Origin: Methanobacteriota archaeon
Lineage (GTDB): Archaea; Thermoplasmatota; Poseidoniia; Poseidoniales; Poseidoniaceae
DNA: 64,000 nt
Direction of reading: 5' to 3'
Assembly (NCBI GenBank): GCA_038141355.1
Contig: JAYQHX010000002.1
Coordinates: forward strand, 261,297 to 325,296
Part shown: piece after piece, positions 43,201 to 53,968 of the stretch
Position numbering within the stretch: position 1 is the stretch's first letter
How the letters are laid out: each line of letters begins with the position of its first letter
Program-made: the position numbers and the translations under genes
Notes under the pieces: model-generated
Told to the model about the DNA's origin: nothing
Seen by the model: only the letters and a program-made list of their open reading frames with translations
Database searches by the model: none

Positions 43201-44862
43201 TTGTATAATGAAATGCCAATCGCATCATTCGAGGTTTTGAGAGATAATAACAATTCAGAAGACGAAACTACTCTCCTCAGTACTAGTGTAGACCCTGAAG
43301 GTGATACGATAGAATATTTGTGGATTAGCAATTTAGATGGGATCTTATCTAACGATAGCTCTTGGACAGGATATCTATCAAGGGGTGTACATGTAATCAC
43401 ATTGTCAGTTAACGATGGAAGAATGGAACATATAAATTTGACAAGTTCTAATCAAACTTTGGTTGAGGTAGGAAATAGTAAACCAAGAGCGATTATCAAT
43501 GAGCCAAGTGAAGGAGAGATTTTTGATTCAAGCATGCTTATCGAATTCAATTCATCAGGATCCGGAGATTGGGATAGTGCTTGTTCGACATTCCCAACAG
43601 GAATCGATTGGTTTTGTTCTCCCGTAGAACCTGCATCAGGTTCTGAATATTTGGTTTACAAATGGGAGTCTAACTTGGATGGAATCCTTCGAGAGGATGG
43701 TTCTGATTGGTTGATTTTTGAATCTAGATTAAGTGCTGGAAACCACGTCATAACTCTCACAATGGATGATGGAATAAATCCTGTATCGACTCATTCAATC
43801 AATGTTTCAGTAAATGAATCAGCACCTGTTATGGGCTTACTCAGCCCAAACCTTGAGACTGGATATTTTTCAAGCGACCTCATCTTATTCGATATTAGAG
43901 ATAGTGTTGATTATGACAATGACGATTTCCTCTTTGATTTATCAAGTAACATCAGCGGTACGATTCTATCTGCAAAGGACCCATATGAGGTTCATCCGAT
44001 TTATTTAGAAGCAGGGAATCACCTTTTAGAAGTGACATTAACTGATGATTATGGCTTGTCTCGAACCGAACTCATTGAATTAGTTGTAGTTGAATCAGAC
44101 CCAGTGGCAGAAATATATTATCCAACAAATAATCAATTCTTTGAGCCAGGTGAACTCGTGATTTTAGACTCAAATGGTACATTTGATGCTGATGGTGATA
44201 TCACTATTCGAGAGTGGAGGCATCATTTGCCAAACGAAAATTATCCATTGTTACTATCTACAGATTCGTACCATGAAATTCTACTTACTCCAGGTGTTCA
44301 TCATATCTCGCTTTATGTTGAGGATAGAAGAGGTGGATCTGATGAATTCCACGTTAACATTACAATTGCATCAAGTAATCCCGATTTATCTAACCTAACT
44401 ATTTCGCAGAACCAAATTGAAATTGGTCAACTTACAGAAATCATAGTTTCAGTGAAGCTAGATGACCCCGATGGAACTACTACTGAGGTATTCGCAACTG
44501 TGAAGAAGAATATCCAGGATTGGACCTTCAATCTTACAGATGAAGATGGAGATGGGACTTGGGTGGGTCGTATTGAAGTTGTTTCTAGTGAAACTGGAAA
44601 AGCCCAAGTCAAGGTCACTGCCGTTGATGGTCAGATAATTGATTACATTACCAAAGATATCGATTTCATAGAAATTGAATCGGATAATTCAGCAATTATG
44701 ACTGTAGTCGGAGGTATTGCAGGATTTATCGGAATTGCAGTTCTGATAGCCTACCTTGTAACTAAACGCAGACAGAGACTTGCAGATATCGATTTGATAG
44801 ATTCTTGGGGCGTCTTTGGCGGTGAACAAAAAGAGTACATCGATGATGACACAAAATTCTAA
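40300..44862 (+). CDS. Large surface protein: parallel beta-helix plus PKD/Ig-like repeats, C-terminal TM
   Basis: Beta-helix-type repeats (GIxx, Nxxx), repeated DPE/DLD-x-Y-x-W-x-S-x-LDG...G-x-H-x-ITL PKD-like units, TM + KRRQR. Confidence 0.8.
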   Translation: MVRGRTYTVFIILTLMVAYPFTPMVELHDSENNETSGRAQTVWSGSMVLNNHFTVPVTDELIISSCTNVTMSSGVRIYVEGRLTVEGTKSCPVYFDYAGGGDHMGIQFNTSSNGRGSRIDNASIIHSTYGITIYGSNPHIANVTIFDADDVAIDMFNSATPTIRDLEINEAGQDWVVPTYWRYGIGLSVGAGSAPNVDGLKVSNAVTRGLNMWGNSGGLFRNISIDNISGATLAISAGIWVEDSIPLIQFAQVDRSDHGVFVRHITDGATTRAVIKDMEITNSMYKAMVLDKEDHTNYTNYQSAVINGLNISGTGGPGAKTSGIATATLEINATGAWIENAHLEDNTAVGIKMYFVDSTTIFSNLSINNTGGSGNGANAAGISVRSSYFAPTFNNLEVSNSPGPGVYARSGGAIQGMDWNLHDNGQEGFYLESAATIVDGIITYNNSDSGVHINDARYVFLYNVTSHDNGDSGLLFEKANDIESTSGDVVCVNCSSTNDTKGVTIIDSVDLFLEGLHVNDPVTGPAIIADNGGLNIGVQGGLFHLKNVQTWLNSTEPAIEITSAEAEIDGLEMLGSHAGLHWDADHNQERNSILSNATLSGADCLILSNHDQLYGTNNTISNDCTGELNFTSVKLNWTDFEDLGAHVLNVDTNSNLHLHQPVNIDYQSAVISGSGWIEEAWDLHVWVPNNNSNGIPSAFVELDFDQLESSINDDTDDYGWTSFLDLRGKKFTTLGESPYTTVTIDCSYDGVSNTTTTSLDQDQIITCHLPLSNQPPFLIWDTPIDQTVYPSKSEVIFDASRSWDLDNDTLTIKWTSSIDGILLEGGISTFAANEVDNPNPLVNLSDGIHDIELEVCDGDFCVSEIRTIELANQAPVIVISTDPTLNPWGELISPITQSVHYDLNGTYDPENDAMTCSWSWLSSSVTIPDCTGEGNLSFASAPSNIFDLTLLVSDGINPPSEYIIPVELYNEMPIASFEVLRDNNNSEDETTLLSTSVDPEGDTIEYLWISNLDGILSNDSSWTGYLSRGVHVITLSVNDGRMEHINLTSSNQTLVEVGNSKPRAIINEPSEGEIFDSSMLIEFNSSGSGDWDSACSTFPTGIDWFCSPVEPASGSEYLVYKWESNLDGILREDGSDWLIFESRLSAGNHVITLTMDDGINPVSTHSINVSVNESAPVMGLLSPNLETGYFSSDLILFDIRDSVDYDNDDFLFDLSSNISGTILSAKDPYEVHPIYLEAGNHLLEVTLTDDYGLSRTELIELVVVESDPVAEIYYPTNNQFFEPGELVILDSNGTFDADGDITIREWRHHLPNENYPLLLSTDSYHEILLTPGVHHISLYVEDRRGGSDEFHVNITIASSNPDLSNLTISQNQIEIGQLTEIIVSVKLDDPDGTTTEVFATVKKNIQDWTFNLTDEDGDGTWVGRIEVVSSETGKAQVKVTAVDGQIIDYITKDIDFIEIESDNSAIMTVVGGIAGFIGIAVLIAYLVTKRRQRLADIDLIDSWGVFGGEQKEYIDDDTKF

Positions 44863-44911
44863 TTTTTTTGCAGCCCATAGATTGATAAAATACCGGATTA
44901 CACATACATCT

Positions 44912-47191
44912 ATGACTAAGACTAGAAGCAACTTAGGCGCCCTATTTCTGACTGCAATACTCTGTGTATCACTACTTCCAGCGGGAGTAGCTGCTGAAGA
45001 TCCTTCAACAGAACACTTTGCGTTCGGAATGGAGTACGATTGGACTAACTTGAACACTGATATGGAATCGATGACAGGACTACCACTAGACGAAATCTTG
45101 CTTGACATCATGCAATCCGCTGATGATGCAGGTATCGGTCTGGTAATTCTTGAAGAACTAACAGGAGTATCTTCAATGGTAGTTGACCAGTACGAAGATG
45201 GAACTTCAATGTTTGATGCAGTTGACGGAACATCTGTTGAGGTCACAAATCACGTCACAGAACTTACTGTTCGTCACGGCTCTTTACAGGATTTCGCAAT
45301 CATCACTGATTGGGGTGATTCTTTTGCAGGATGGGAATTGACTGTTTCTGCTTCTTCAGAATCTATGTTCAATCTTGATGCAATGTATATTGAATACAGA
45401 GATGCTGATAATCTAGTTCATGGACACGATCTAGAACTTACTTTGAGCGCAGATGTGACAAACGAGTTAGGACTAGTTGGGCACTTGGAATCCGAAGACG
45501 GTGACAATGTCCTTCCATTAGACATTGGAGTTGCAATGTCAATCGGTTATGAAATTGTTAACTCTGAAAGCACAGTAGTTTATGAAGAGCCCAGCACGAT
45601 TCATCAGAGACTTTCTGATATGAACCCAGGCGAAGAAATCGAGTGGGAAGCAGGCACTGAATCAGATAGCAATGTATGGTGGGATGAATATAGTTCATGG
45701 GATTGGACCTGTGAATGGAGTTCAGTAGACGTTTATTACGAGTGCATAAATAATGAATGGGGCTACTCTGATTGGTGGTATTATTGTGAATACTACTCTG
45801 ATGTTGACACCTATTATTGTACTGATGATTTTGGACAAGATCCAGATTGGCAGAATGCTTTGACTGAAGATTGGACTCATCATGATTCTGGTACTACTCC
45901 TGAAGGAGTTTCAAACTTCGAATGGGTCGAATCTCATGCAGGTTCCTTCAGCACATCCACCTCTTTCGATTTCGAACTAACTGGAATTCCAGTTGAGGAG
46001 TTCGGACTTCCTGCAGGAGACTGGGACGTTTCTGTCACCGACTCAGTCACAGATGCAGGTACCTTTGATGAGGATTATGAATGCGAAATGTGGATGGAAT
46101 TGTTTGATGAAACTCAAATGATTACCACAGATAGCGGTGATTTGGAAGTTCTGAGTGGATACGGTTCTCCAATGCCATTCGGAATGACTTGCCATGTTGC
46201 AAATCTAATTGCATACTCATTCTTGGGTACAGATGATGCAGCAAATATTGCAGATTTGTTCGAGGACAGTTTCAGTGAAATTGAGGAATCAATGGGCACT
46301 GATACATATGACAGCACAGAAACAGAGCATCTATATCTAAGCGCAGATGCTTACAGCATGGATGAAATTGATGTTTCAATTAACGCATGGGACATTGATT
46401 ATGATACAAATTACGAAATTGACTTTGTGATGGTTGATGAAGGTGGAACTGTAATTGACGTACATTCAATGTCCTTTACAAATGAGTATTACTTCTGGGA
46501 TTCAGTATACATGTCAGCAAATGCATACGGTTCACACTGTATAACTGCTACTTTGAAATATGCAGATAACAATACTGAATTAGATTCCGCTGAAGTTTGT
46601 TTCTCAGTACCAAAGGATATGGACCCAAGTGACTTGTTGGTAAGCATAGGCGAAGGATTTGAACAATCAACTTTAGAAAATGCTTTGGAAATGTTCGGGA
46701 CTAATCTAGAAAACAGACTATCAGATTATGAAGGAGATTCTGCTTATCATGATGCTGACATGAGAGTTTTGTGGGACCCTGCTACCAACAGAGCAGTTGG
46801 TTTCCAAATGCTAGTTTACGATGAAGATGTTGACTCCTGGTATACAATGGTTGGTCCTGAATCAGATGAATATCCAGAAGCCCCAATCTTAATGTCTTTC
46901 GAGTATTTCTCAGGACAATCGGCTATTGACCAAGAAGCGGATCTTGACCAAGAAACTACTCTAGATACCTTGGTAGACCTGACTCAACACGATGTTTCTG
47001 ACCTTGAAGAAGCAGTGGGAGAAGCTCTTGGTGAAGAAACCACCAACGAAGAAACCACCAATGAGGAAGGTACTGAAGAAGCAGAAGGCGAGGAAGATGG
47101 TCTGCTTCCATTCGTATCACCAACTTTGACAGTGATGGTAATCGCTCTTGCTGGAATAGTCGCAGGCATGCGCTCTCGAGAAGAAGAGTGA
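44912..47191 (+). CDS. Acidic exported protein with PGF-CTERM-like anchor
   Basis: Signal peptide; acidic linker; C-terminal GLLPFVSP + TM + RSREEE. Confidence 0.75.
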   Translation: MTKTRSNLGALFLTAILCVSLLPAGVAAEDPSTEHFAFGMEYDWTNLNTDMESMTGLPLDEILLDIMQSADDAGIGLVILEELTGVSSMVVDQYEDGTSMFDAVDGTSVEVTNHVTELTVRHGSLQDFAIITDWGDSFAGWELTVSASSESMFNLDAMYIEYRDADNLVHGHDLELTLSADVTNELGLVGHLESEDGDNVLPLDIGVAMSIGYEIVNSESTVVYEEPSTIHQRLSDMNPGEEIEWEAGTESDSNVWWDEYSSWDWTCEWSSVDVYYECINNEWGYSDWWYYCEYYSDVDTYYCTDDFGQDPDWQNALTEDWTHHDSGTTPEGVSNFEWVESHAGSFSTSTSFDFELTGIPVEEFGLPAGDWDVSVTDSVTDAGTFDEDYECEMWMELFDETQMITTDSGDLEVLSGYGSPMPFGMTCHVANLIAYSFLGTDDAANIADLFEDSFSEIEESMGTDTYDSTETEHLYLSADAYSMDEIDVSINAWDIDYDTNYEIDFVMVDEGGTVIDVHSMSFTNEYYFWDSVYMSANAYGSHCITATLKYADNNTELDSAEVCFSVPKDMDPSDLLVSIGEGFEQSTLENALEMFGTNLENRLSDYEGDSAYHDADMRVLWDPATNRAVGFQMLVYDEDVDSWYTMVGPESDEYPEAPILMSFEYFSGQSAIDQEADLDQETTLDTLVDLTQHDVSDLEEAVGEALGEETTNEETTNEEGTEEAEGEEDGLLPFVSPTLTVMVIALAGIVAGMRSREEE

Positions 47192-47228
47192 AGCAAGACT
47201 TGATATTAACGATTTGAGTAATACAAAC

Positions 47229-48074
47229 ATGGCGGAAGATAGGAACTATCCAAGGATGGTTCTATATCTAATCCAACTATTCTGCCTTGTGTTGTTGCTT
47301 AATGCTGTTGAAACACAGAATTGGTATTCTGGTGATCTAGACCTAGATTATACAGAAGGATTACCAGCAGGAACTTCAATGGATATCGAGTTAAATGTCG
47401 ATAAAGAAAGTGCTGATGGGAAACTAAAGATCGACGGTTTTTTGAAATTCATGAATTGGCAATCTATCAGGAATGACACAACGATTCCCAGCGAGGAGAT
47501 TCAGAGGGACTCTGATTTTGAAGTTAAACCACTATCAGAAATTCAGCAAATGCTTCCTGTTCTAGTAAAAATAGCAATTTCGATAACAATTGTCCTAGTA
47601 ATTTTGTCATATTTCCAAGTGAATTACAAGTCAATTCTAGGAGTGGTTAATTCATCATTAGCACTGTACATTCTCTTCACCATCCTAATCTTAGCTCCTA
47701 TAGGCTATCTCGGGGATTTTGATTTCACTTCGGGAATGGCAAATCAAGACAATGGAGAATCGACAGTACACCAATCATTTGATGGGTCTCCTGAGATCAA
47801 GTTAGGTGAAAATTTAGAACTTAATTACATATTTACCATAGATGGTTATGATTTGGGATTAGTTAATACTTCCCAACTTACAGATGTAATTGAGAATGAA
47901 CCAGGAGAAGGTCACCGCTCTTATTTCAAGATCGAAGGAAAAACAGGAATTACTTACAGCGCATTCGTTACTGAATATCTTTGGGTTTGTGTTTTAGTAT
48001 TCATTTCAACGCCGTTCTTTATGACATTCAGAGATTGGACGAAAATTAGCAAGCCTAAATCATTACATGACTAG
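47229..48074 (+). CDS. Hypothetical membrane protein
   Basis: Four hydrophobic segments; co-oriented with surface-protein genes. Confidence 0.7.
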   Translation: MAEDRNYPRMVLYLIQLFCLVLLLNAVETQNWYSGDLDLDYTEGLPAGTSMDIELNVDKESADGKLKIDGFLKFMNWQSIRNDTTIPSEEIQRDSDFEVKPLSEIQQMLPVLVKIAISITIVLVILSYFQVNYKSILGVVNSSLALYILFTILILAPIGYLGDFDFTSGMANQDNGESTVHQSFDGSPEIKLGENLELNYIFTIDGYDLGLVNTSQLTDVIENEPGEGHRSYFKIEGKTGITYSAFVTEYLWVCVLVFISTPFFMTFRDWTKISKPKSLHD

Positions 48075-48844
48075 GATTGCTCAGGAATATCTCCGTTTAA
48101 TGAATCAGGGTTATCTGGTAGAGGGCCCCATTCAGTTCGAGTTCTGTTTAATCCGAATCTCTTTGCCCAGATGAATTTCAAGTTCTTCCAGCCATCTCCC
48201 CAAGTGTGTATCTCAGCTTCACCAACTCTGGGGCGGTATGGTACTGAAATTTCGATGGCTTTCTTCTTTCCTAGAACTCTCCTTGCAAGTATTTTCATTT
48301 CCTCAGAAAGCGGCATACCGTCGTTGGTAGGTCTCATTTTTTCGTTATCAAAAATAGATTTTCTGAATACCCACATTCCTGATTGTGAGTCCTTAATGCC
48401 ATAGCCAAATGCTAATCTTGCATTGAACGATAACATCCAATTTCCAAATCCATGTAATCCTGACATTGAACCTTCTTCTGCTAATGTCAATCTATCACAT
48501 GTTATGAAATCTAAGTCTTCTTCAATTAATTTCTTGACCAAATCAGGAACTACTTCTGCAGGGTAGGTACAATCTGCATCCATTGTGACTATGATGTCTC
48601 CTTTAGCAACCACAAATCCGGTTCTGTATGCTCTTCCGTAGCCTTTTCTAGGTTCAAGATGAACTCTAACTCCTTTTTGTAGCGCGATTTCTCTTGTCTT
48701 ATCACTTGAATTACCATCAACAATCATGATTTCTAATTCATCGCACCAGTCCTTTGGAATTGCATCAACGGTTGGGCCAAGCGCTTCTTCCTCATTTCTA
48801 GTTGGAAGAATGATGGTGACTGAGACAGGCAACTTGTCCGCCAT
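48071..48844 (-). CDS. Glycosyltransferase family 2 (DPM1-like)
   Basis: ILPTRNEE, VDGNSSD, GYGRA, MDADCTYP, DSQSG; start at MADKLP. Confidence 0.92.
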   Translation of the reverse strand: MADKLPVSVTIILPTRNEEEALGPTVDAIPKDWCDELEIMIVDGNSSDKTREIALQKGVRVHLEPRKGYGRAYRTGFVVAKGDIIVTMDADCTYPAEVVPDLVKKLIEEDLDFITCDRLTLAEEGSMSGLHGFGNWMLSFNARLAFGYGIKDSQSGMWVFRKSIFDNEKMRPTNDGMPLSEEMKILARRVLGKKKAIEISVPYRPRVGEAEIHTWGDGWKNLKFIWAKRFGLNRTRTEWGPLPDNPDSLNGDIPEQS

Positions 48845-48928
48845 ACTCACTCGACAGAAACTTTCGTTTTGAAGCCACCTATACATTGAATTATTATGAA
48901 AGCGCCATAGTCGCTGTAATCGTTGGCC

Positions 48929-50200
48929 ATGCATATTGCCATAGTTTCCGGTGAATATCCTCCTAGATGGGGAGGTATTGGGTCAGTGGTTTTCCATTTA
49001 GCAAGCCATTTAGTTCAACTAGGTCATGAAATTTCAATCATTACACGTTCCCACAAAGGAAAGATACCGACTCAGGAAGGGGTTGAGGTAATAGAAGTAC
49101 CATGGGCTAAATTACCGATGGCATTCACCCGATCGTACGGAAAGAGCGCAATAAAAGCACTGAAGAGATTACATTCCAGAAAAAGTATAGATGTAATCAA
49201 TGCTCATCTTCCATTGGTATCCTGGAAAAGAAAAGAATTCAGATGGTTAGAAGAAAATATTTCTCCGGTTGTATCCTGCTTGCACGGTTCTTGGATTGGC
49301 GAGAGAGAAGGGGTAAAAAGAGCGGCGGCTGCAAGAGAATCTGCTACCTGGAAAAACCCTAATGACTTAGCAATTTTAACCACTGCTGGATATTATGCAG
49401 GGTATGAAAGAGCTGGAGTACTAGAATCAACAATTTGTGTAGCAAATTCTCAATCTACATTAAAAGAATTTCAAAGATGGTATAATCCGGATGAAAATTT
49501 TGATTGTGAAGTTGTATTATGGGGTTGTGACCATAAAGTGTTCAGGCCTCCAAATATTGATGATGAATCTGAGCAATTATTACATGAGAAAATAAGGATG
49601 GATTATTCATGTGGAGACGAACCTGCCCTGAATTATTCTAACGAGACCTCAACTCCAATGTTATTGGCTGTTGGTCGTTTAGTGGCACGAAAAGGATACA
49701 TGACTCTACTTCGAGCATTCCCAGAAATTCTAGCATCAAATCCGAATGCGAAATTGGTAATTGTCGGAAGAGGCCACATGAAAAAGAGCATGGAAAAAGC
49801 AGCAAAGAAATTAGGAGTTTCTGAATCTATTTTTATTCAAAGTAGCCTTTCATTCGATGAATTGTCTCAACATTTTAGGTCCGCGGATTTAGTGATATAT
49901 CCTTCATATTACGAAGGTCAAGGCTTGATTCCGTTAGAATCTCTAGCAAGTGGAACGCCTGTAGCGACGGTTGACCAAGAACCATTAACTGAAATGATTG
50001 ACGAAACTGTCGGTGGTTTATTCAAGCGAGGTGACCCTGCTGATTTAGCTCGGTGTGTCAATGATATGTTGTCCTCTGATGAAACTCAGAAAAAGGCTAT
50101 CATAGGGCGCAATAGAGTATTAGAAAAGTACACCTATGAGCATAATGCTTCGGACTATGAGAGAATATTCAAGCGTGCTATTTCCAAAAAATCCCAATAA
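48929..50200 (+). CDS. Glycosyltransferase family 4
   Basis: EYPPRWGG, VGRLVARKG, PSYYEGQGLIPLESLASGTP. Confidence 0.92.
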   Translation: MHIAIVSGEYPPRWGGIGSVVFHLASHLVQLGHEISIITRSHKGKIPTQEGVEVIEVPWAKLPMAFTRSYGKSAIKALKRLHSRKSIDVINAHLPLVSWKRKEFRWLEENISPVVSCLHGSWIGEREGVKRAAAARESATWKNPNDLAILTTAGYYAGYERAGVLESTICVANSQSTLKEFQRWYNPDENFDCEVVLWGCDHKVFRPPNIDDESEQLLHEKIRMDYSCGDEPALNYSNETSTPMLLAVGRLVARKGYMTLLRAFPEILASNPNAKLVIVGRGHMKKSMEKAAKKLGVSESIFIQSSLSFDELSQHFRSADLVIYPSYYEGQGLIPLESLASGTPVATVDQEPLTEMIDETVGGLFKRGDPADLARCVNDMLSSDETQKKAIIGRNRVLEKYTYEHNASDYERIFKRAISKKSQ

Positions 50201-50244
50201 CGAATAATCGTTGTTTTCAAAACTGAACCCTATCATGCACAGCC

Positions 50245-52694
50245 ATGCGGGGCTGTAAATTGCTTGCAATTTTCCTCGCGATATCGCTTCTTTCTTTCGC
50301 TCCAATCGCACAAGCAGACAATGATGCTAATTCTGCAAACGGTTTGATAAACGGCGTTTCATCTAACGGTTATGTTTGCTCAAATGATGGATGCGCTCCT
50401 ACTGATGAAACCGATTGGTGGAAGATTTATGGCTACAAAGGAGACATAGTTCAGATTGGATTTTCGGGCTCGATGAACAATCCTGCATGGTGGTGTCCTG
50501 GTGACGGATGGGAAGCAGATTTCTCGATTCACGACTCATCTGGATCGCAACTCTCAATACAAGCCCTAGACGATTCAAGTTCCTCTACTACATTGTCAAC
50601 AACACTTTCCTCAGCAGGTTGGGTTTATGCGAAGATTAAAGGAAAAAATTCATGGTGCAATGATGGATTAGATTACACTCTAACTCCATCCATAAATCAG
50701 GCAAATAGAGATACTGATGAAGACGGATTTATCGATACAGACGATGCGTGTGATTTGGTTCCAGGTACTTCTACTAACGATAGAAAAGGTTGCCCAGATC
50801 AAGATTTAGATGGTTGGTCTGACCCAGATGGAGGCTGGGGTCCAAACAATGGTGCAGACGCATTCCCAACAACTCCAAGTCAGTGGCTAGACTCTGACAA
50901 TGACGGCTATGGAGATAATCTCAACGGATTTCAAGGAGATCATTGTCCATACAGAAGAGGATATTCATCTGAGGACCGTTTTGGTTGTCTAGATTCAGAT
51001 GGTGACGGCTGGTCAGATGAGGACCCTGGTGGTTTGGACGGAGTGGAAGCTTGGTACGCACATCCTATTGGAATGGGAGATGCTTTCCCGTTCGAGGCCA
51101 GTCAATGGAATGATACAGATTCAGATGGATATGGCGACAATTGGGCTAACGGGAATTGGAATGAGACAAGGGAAAATTGGTCAATAGGAATTTGGTATGA
51201 AAATGCTAGTGAACCAGATTCATGTCCTTTTATCACTGGATATTCTAACCAAGACAGATTTGGTTGTCCTGATACAGATTCTGATGGCTGGTCCGACCCA
51301 GATTTGAATTGGACCTCTAGAGAGGGTGCTGATGCATTCCCTGAAAACCCTACTCAATGGGCAGATAGAGATGGAGATGGTTGGGGGATAACCAGTCTGA
51401 AGGAGCTTTACAAGTAGACGATTTCCCAGATAATCCAACTCAATGGCTGGATACGGATGGAGATGGCTGGGGAGACAATCAATCATATGGAGCAACACAA
51501 GTAGATGATTTCCCTCTTGTTCCTAGTCAATATAAGGATACAGATGGCGATGGCTATGGTGACAATATTACCGGATTTGAAGCAGATGTTTGCCCCAATA
51601 GCAGTGTGGAAGAAGTCGAAAGTGGCTGGATAAGTTGGGCGGATAGACTTGGATGCCTTGATTCAGACATGGACGGATATTCTAATCCAGATACATGGTG
51701 GGTTGCCCATCCAAACGGTTTTGCGGATGCATTCCCAGATGATTTGAGTCAGTGGCACGATACAGATAGCGATGGCTATGGAGATAATTCAGAGTATTTT
51801 GATGGAGAAACATGGCGAGAAGCATGGCGTCCTGACGGATGTGTTGCTACTGCTGGTGAGTCTACTATGGACAGATGGGGTTGTCCAGATTTCGATACCG
51901 ACGGTTGGTCTGACCCAACAACGCATTGGTTAGCAAGTCCAGGTGGGATAGCAGATGCTTGGCCAGAAGACGAAACTCAATGGCATGACAGGGATGGTGA
52001 CGGCAGAGGAGATAACCCGGTTGGAACCACTGCAGATATCTGTCCGGATACGCCAGGTACGTCACTTGGTCCAACAGCTGGAGGTGACCGTTGGGGCTGT
52101 GCGGATACCGATGGTGATGGTTGGTCTGACCTAGGTGATGCTTTCCCGCACGAACCTACTCAATGGCGTGATTCAGATGGTGACAAATTCGGTGACAACT
52201 CAGAAGGACATGAAGGAGATTCATGTCCAAATGAAAGAGGAAACTCGTTCTTCGACAGGCTTGGTTGTAGAGACTCTGATGGTGATGGATGGTCAGACCC
52301 AACCCAAAATTGGCCAGCATCTCCTTGGGGAGTTGCAGATGCTTTCCCTACCGATAGACTGCAATGGGAAGATAGCGACGAAGATGGATTTGGCGATGTC
52401 CCTATGGGTGCAAAGAGAGATGATTGCCCAGAAGTTAGTGGAACCTCAACCAAAGACCTCCAAGGCTGTCCAGATGCTGATGGGGATGGGTGGTCAGATG
52501 AATACGGCGGTTGGTCAGCAGCGATTGCAACCTTGGGTGAGAACCCAGCCGGAAGTTGGATCACATATCTCGCTCTTGGCTTGGTAATGTTCATTTCTTC
52601 AGGCCTTGCAATAGCATTGCGTTCGTCAAAATCTGCAGATTCATTTGTTCGAGAAATTGGAGGAAATAGACAGGGAGGTGAAGGCAATGCGTAA
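50245..52694 (+). CDS. Surface protein with thrombospondin type-3-like Ca-binding repeats (~816 aa); probable -1 error at G5 51383-51387
   Basis: Repeated DAFP..PTQW.DxDGDG(Y/W)GDN and GCxDxDxDGWSD; two ORFs join as DGDGWG-DNQ if one G is added; C-terminal TM. Confidence 0.85.
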
Positions 52695-53940
52695 TTGGCT
52701 AGTGTTGATTCTAATTATGACAAGCACCTTTTCACTATCCGCAAGCGCGGAGATGGATGATGACCCATTTACTTCCGAAGGCCTCAATTTAGTTGCTATC
52801 AGAAATGATACATTAGATTCAAATCAAGACGGTATGATGGATGCGGTTAGGGTTGTAATCGTAATCAATTCAACTCAAGGCGACGTAGATTTACTTCTAA
52901 CATTGATTGGAGACCATCAAGGTATCTCAGTTAAGGAAGATTTGTTCATTCATGTTGAAAATCAAGAAAATGCAACCTTAACTTACGATTCATGGGTTGA
53001 GGGTGAACACTATCTAGCCTTAGAAATCAGCGATTCAGAAGGTAGGCTCCTGAAATCTATCAACATTGGATTTTTCGACCTAAGTCCAGCCTTGAAGATA
53101 CCTCACATCGATTTACAACTCTCTGGAAATCAGGTAATGGAAACTGGCGATGAATGTCAAATAACTAGAGAATTCTATGATGAGACCGGGCCTAGGTGGG
53201 GATATTCTGGTACAAGGTCGATTACTGGAACACCATTCAAGGTACTAGATTCAGATGTAACGCTTGACTGTAGCCACTGGCCCGCTGGCAATTACGAAAT
53301 AACAGAAACATACCAAAACGGTTTAGGTCAAACCACTTCAGATGTATTGGAGATAAGAATTGACAACAAACCTCCGCCGAAATTCAAAATTTCCTTGAGT
53401 GGAGATGGTGACCTAACCAACACACCTTGTACAATTTCTCATATCCCTGAAGAAAATGAAAACCACGATACATTTGCCAAGCAATGGATAATTTCTCCAT
53501 CTATGGGAGTGATGGGAAATACGAGTTATATTGATTGTTCAAATTGGCAACCTGGCGTGTACAAGATTCTGTTAACAGTCACAAATTCAGAAGAGATAAG
53601 CACAACTGAAGGTGAAATGCTGATTAGATTGACCGATGGCACTAACGAGGTTGAAAATTCTGATGCGCCTACAATTTCAAAAGGACAAAACACCACAACG
53701 ACAAAAGTTGGATTCTATGGAGTGATCGGAATCTCTTTGTTGATGGGAATAATTGTCTTCGTAATAATGTCAAGAGGTCGTGCGGACGAACTTCTCTCTG
53801 GGATTATTGGTGAAGAGGTACAACCAGATTCGGAAGGCTTACCTACTCATGTAGATGAAAGCGGAATACTTTGGAGAAGACATGCTGATGGTGAGGTAGA
53901 TTGGTGGGACCGTCTAACCGATTCATGGAAGAGGTGGTAA
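52687..53940 (+). CDS. Exported Ig-like protein with TM and Trp-rich cytoplasmic tail
   Basis: Signal peptide, two CSxWxxGxY units, TM, tail LWRRHADGEVDWWD. Confidence 0.7.
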   Translation: MRNWLVLILIMTSTFSLSASAEMDDDPFTSEGLNLVAIRNDTLDSNQDGMMDAVRVVIVINSTQGDVDLLLTLIGDHQGISVKEDLFIHVENQENATLTYDSWVEGEHYLALEISDSEGRLLKSINIGFFDLSPALKIPHIDLQLSGNQVMETGDECQITREFYDETGPRWGYSGTRSITGTPFKVLDSDVTLDCSHWPAGNYEITETYQNGLGQTTSDVLEIRIDNKPPPKFKISLSGDGDLTNTPCTISHIPEENENHDTFAKQWIISPSMGVMGNTSYIDCSNWQPGVYKILLTVTNSEEISTTEGEMLIRLTDGTNEVENSDAPTISKGQNTTTTKVGFYGVIGISLLMGIIVFVIMSRGRADELLSGIIGEEVQPDSEGLPTHVDESGILWRRHADGEVDWWDRLTDSWKRW

Positions 53941-53968
53941 TCTGCTACGTGATATTGCCTTTTGGACA

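Noticed and set aside
47033-47065. 15-bp tandem duplication (EETTN x2)
   Set aside because: Ordinary low-complexity linker before a membrane anchor
3616-51417. Programmed ribosomal frameshifting or pseudogenes at split ORFs
   Set aside because: No consistent slippery heptamers; single-base indels in unrelated genes including conserved trhO fit sequencing error better
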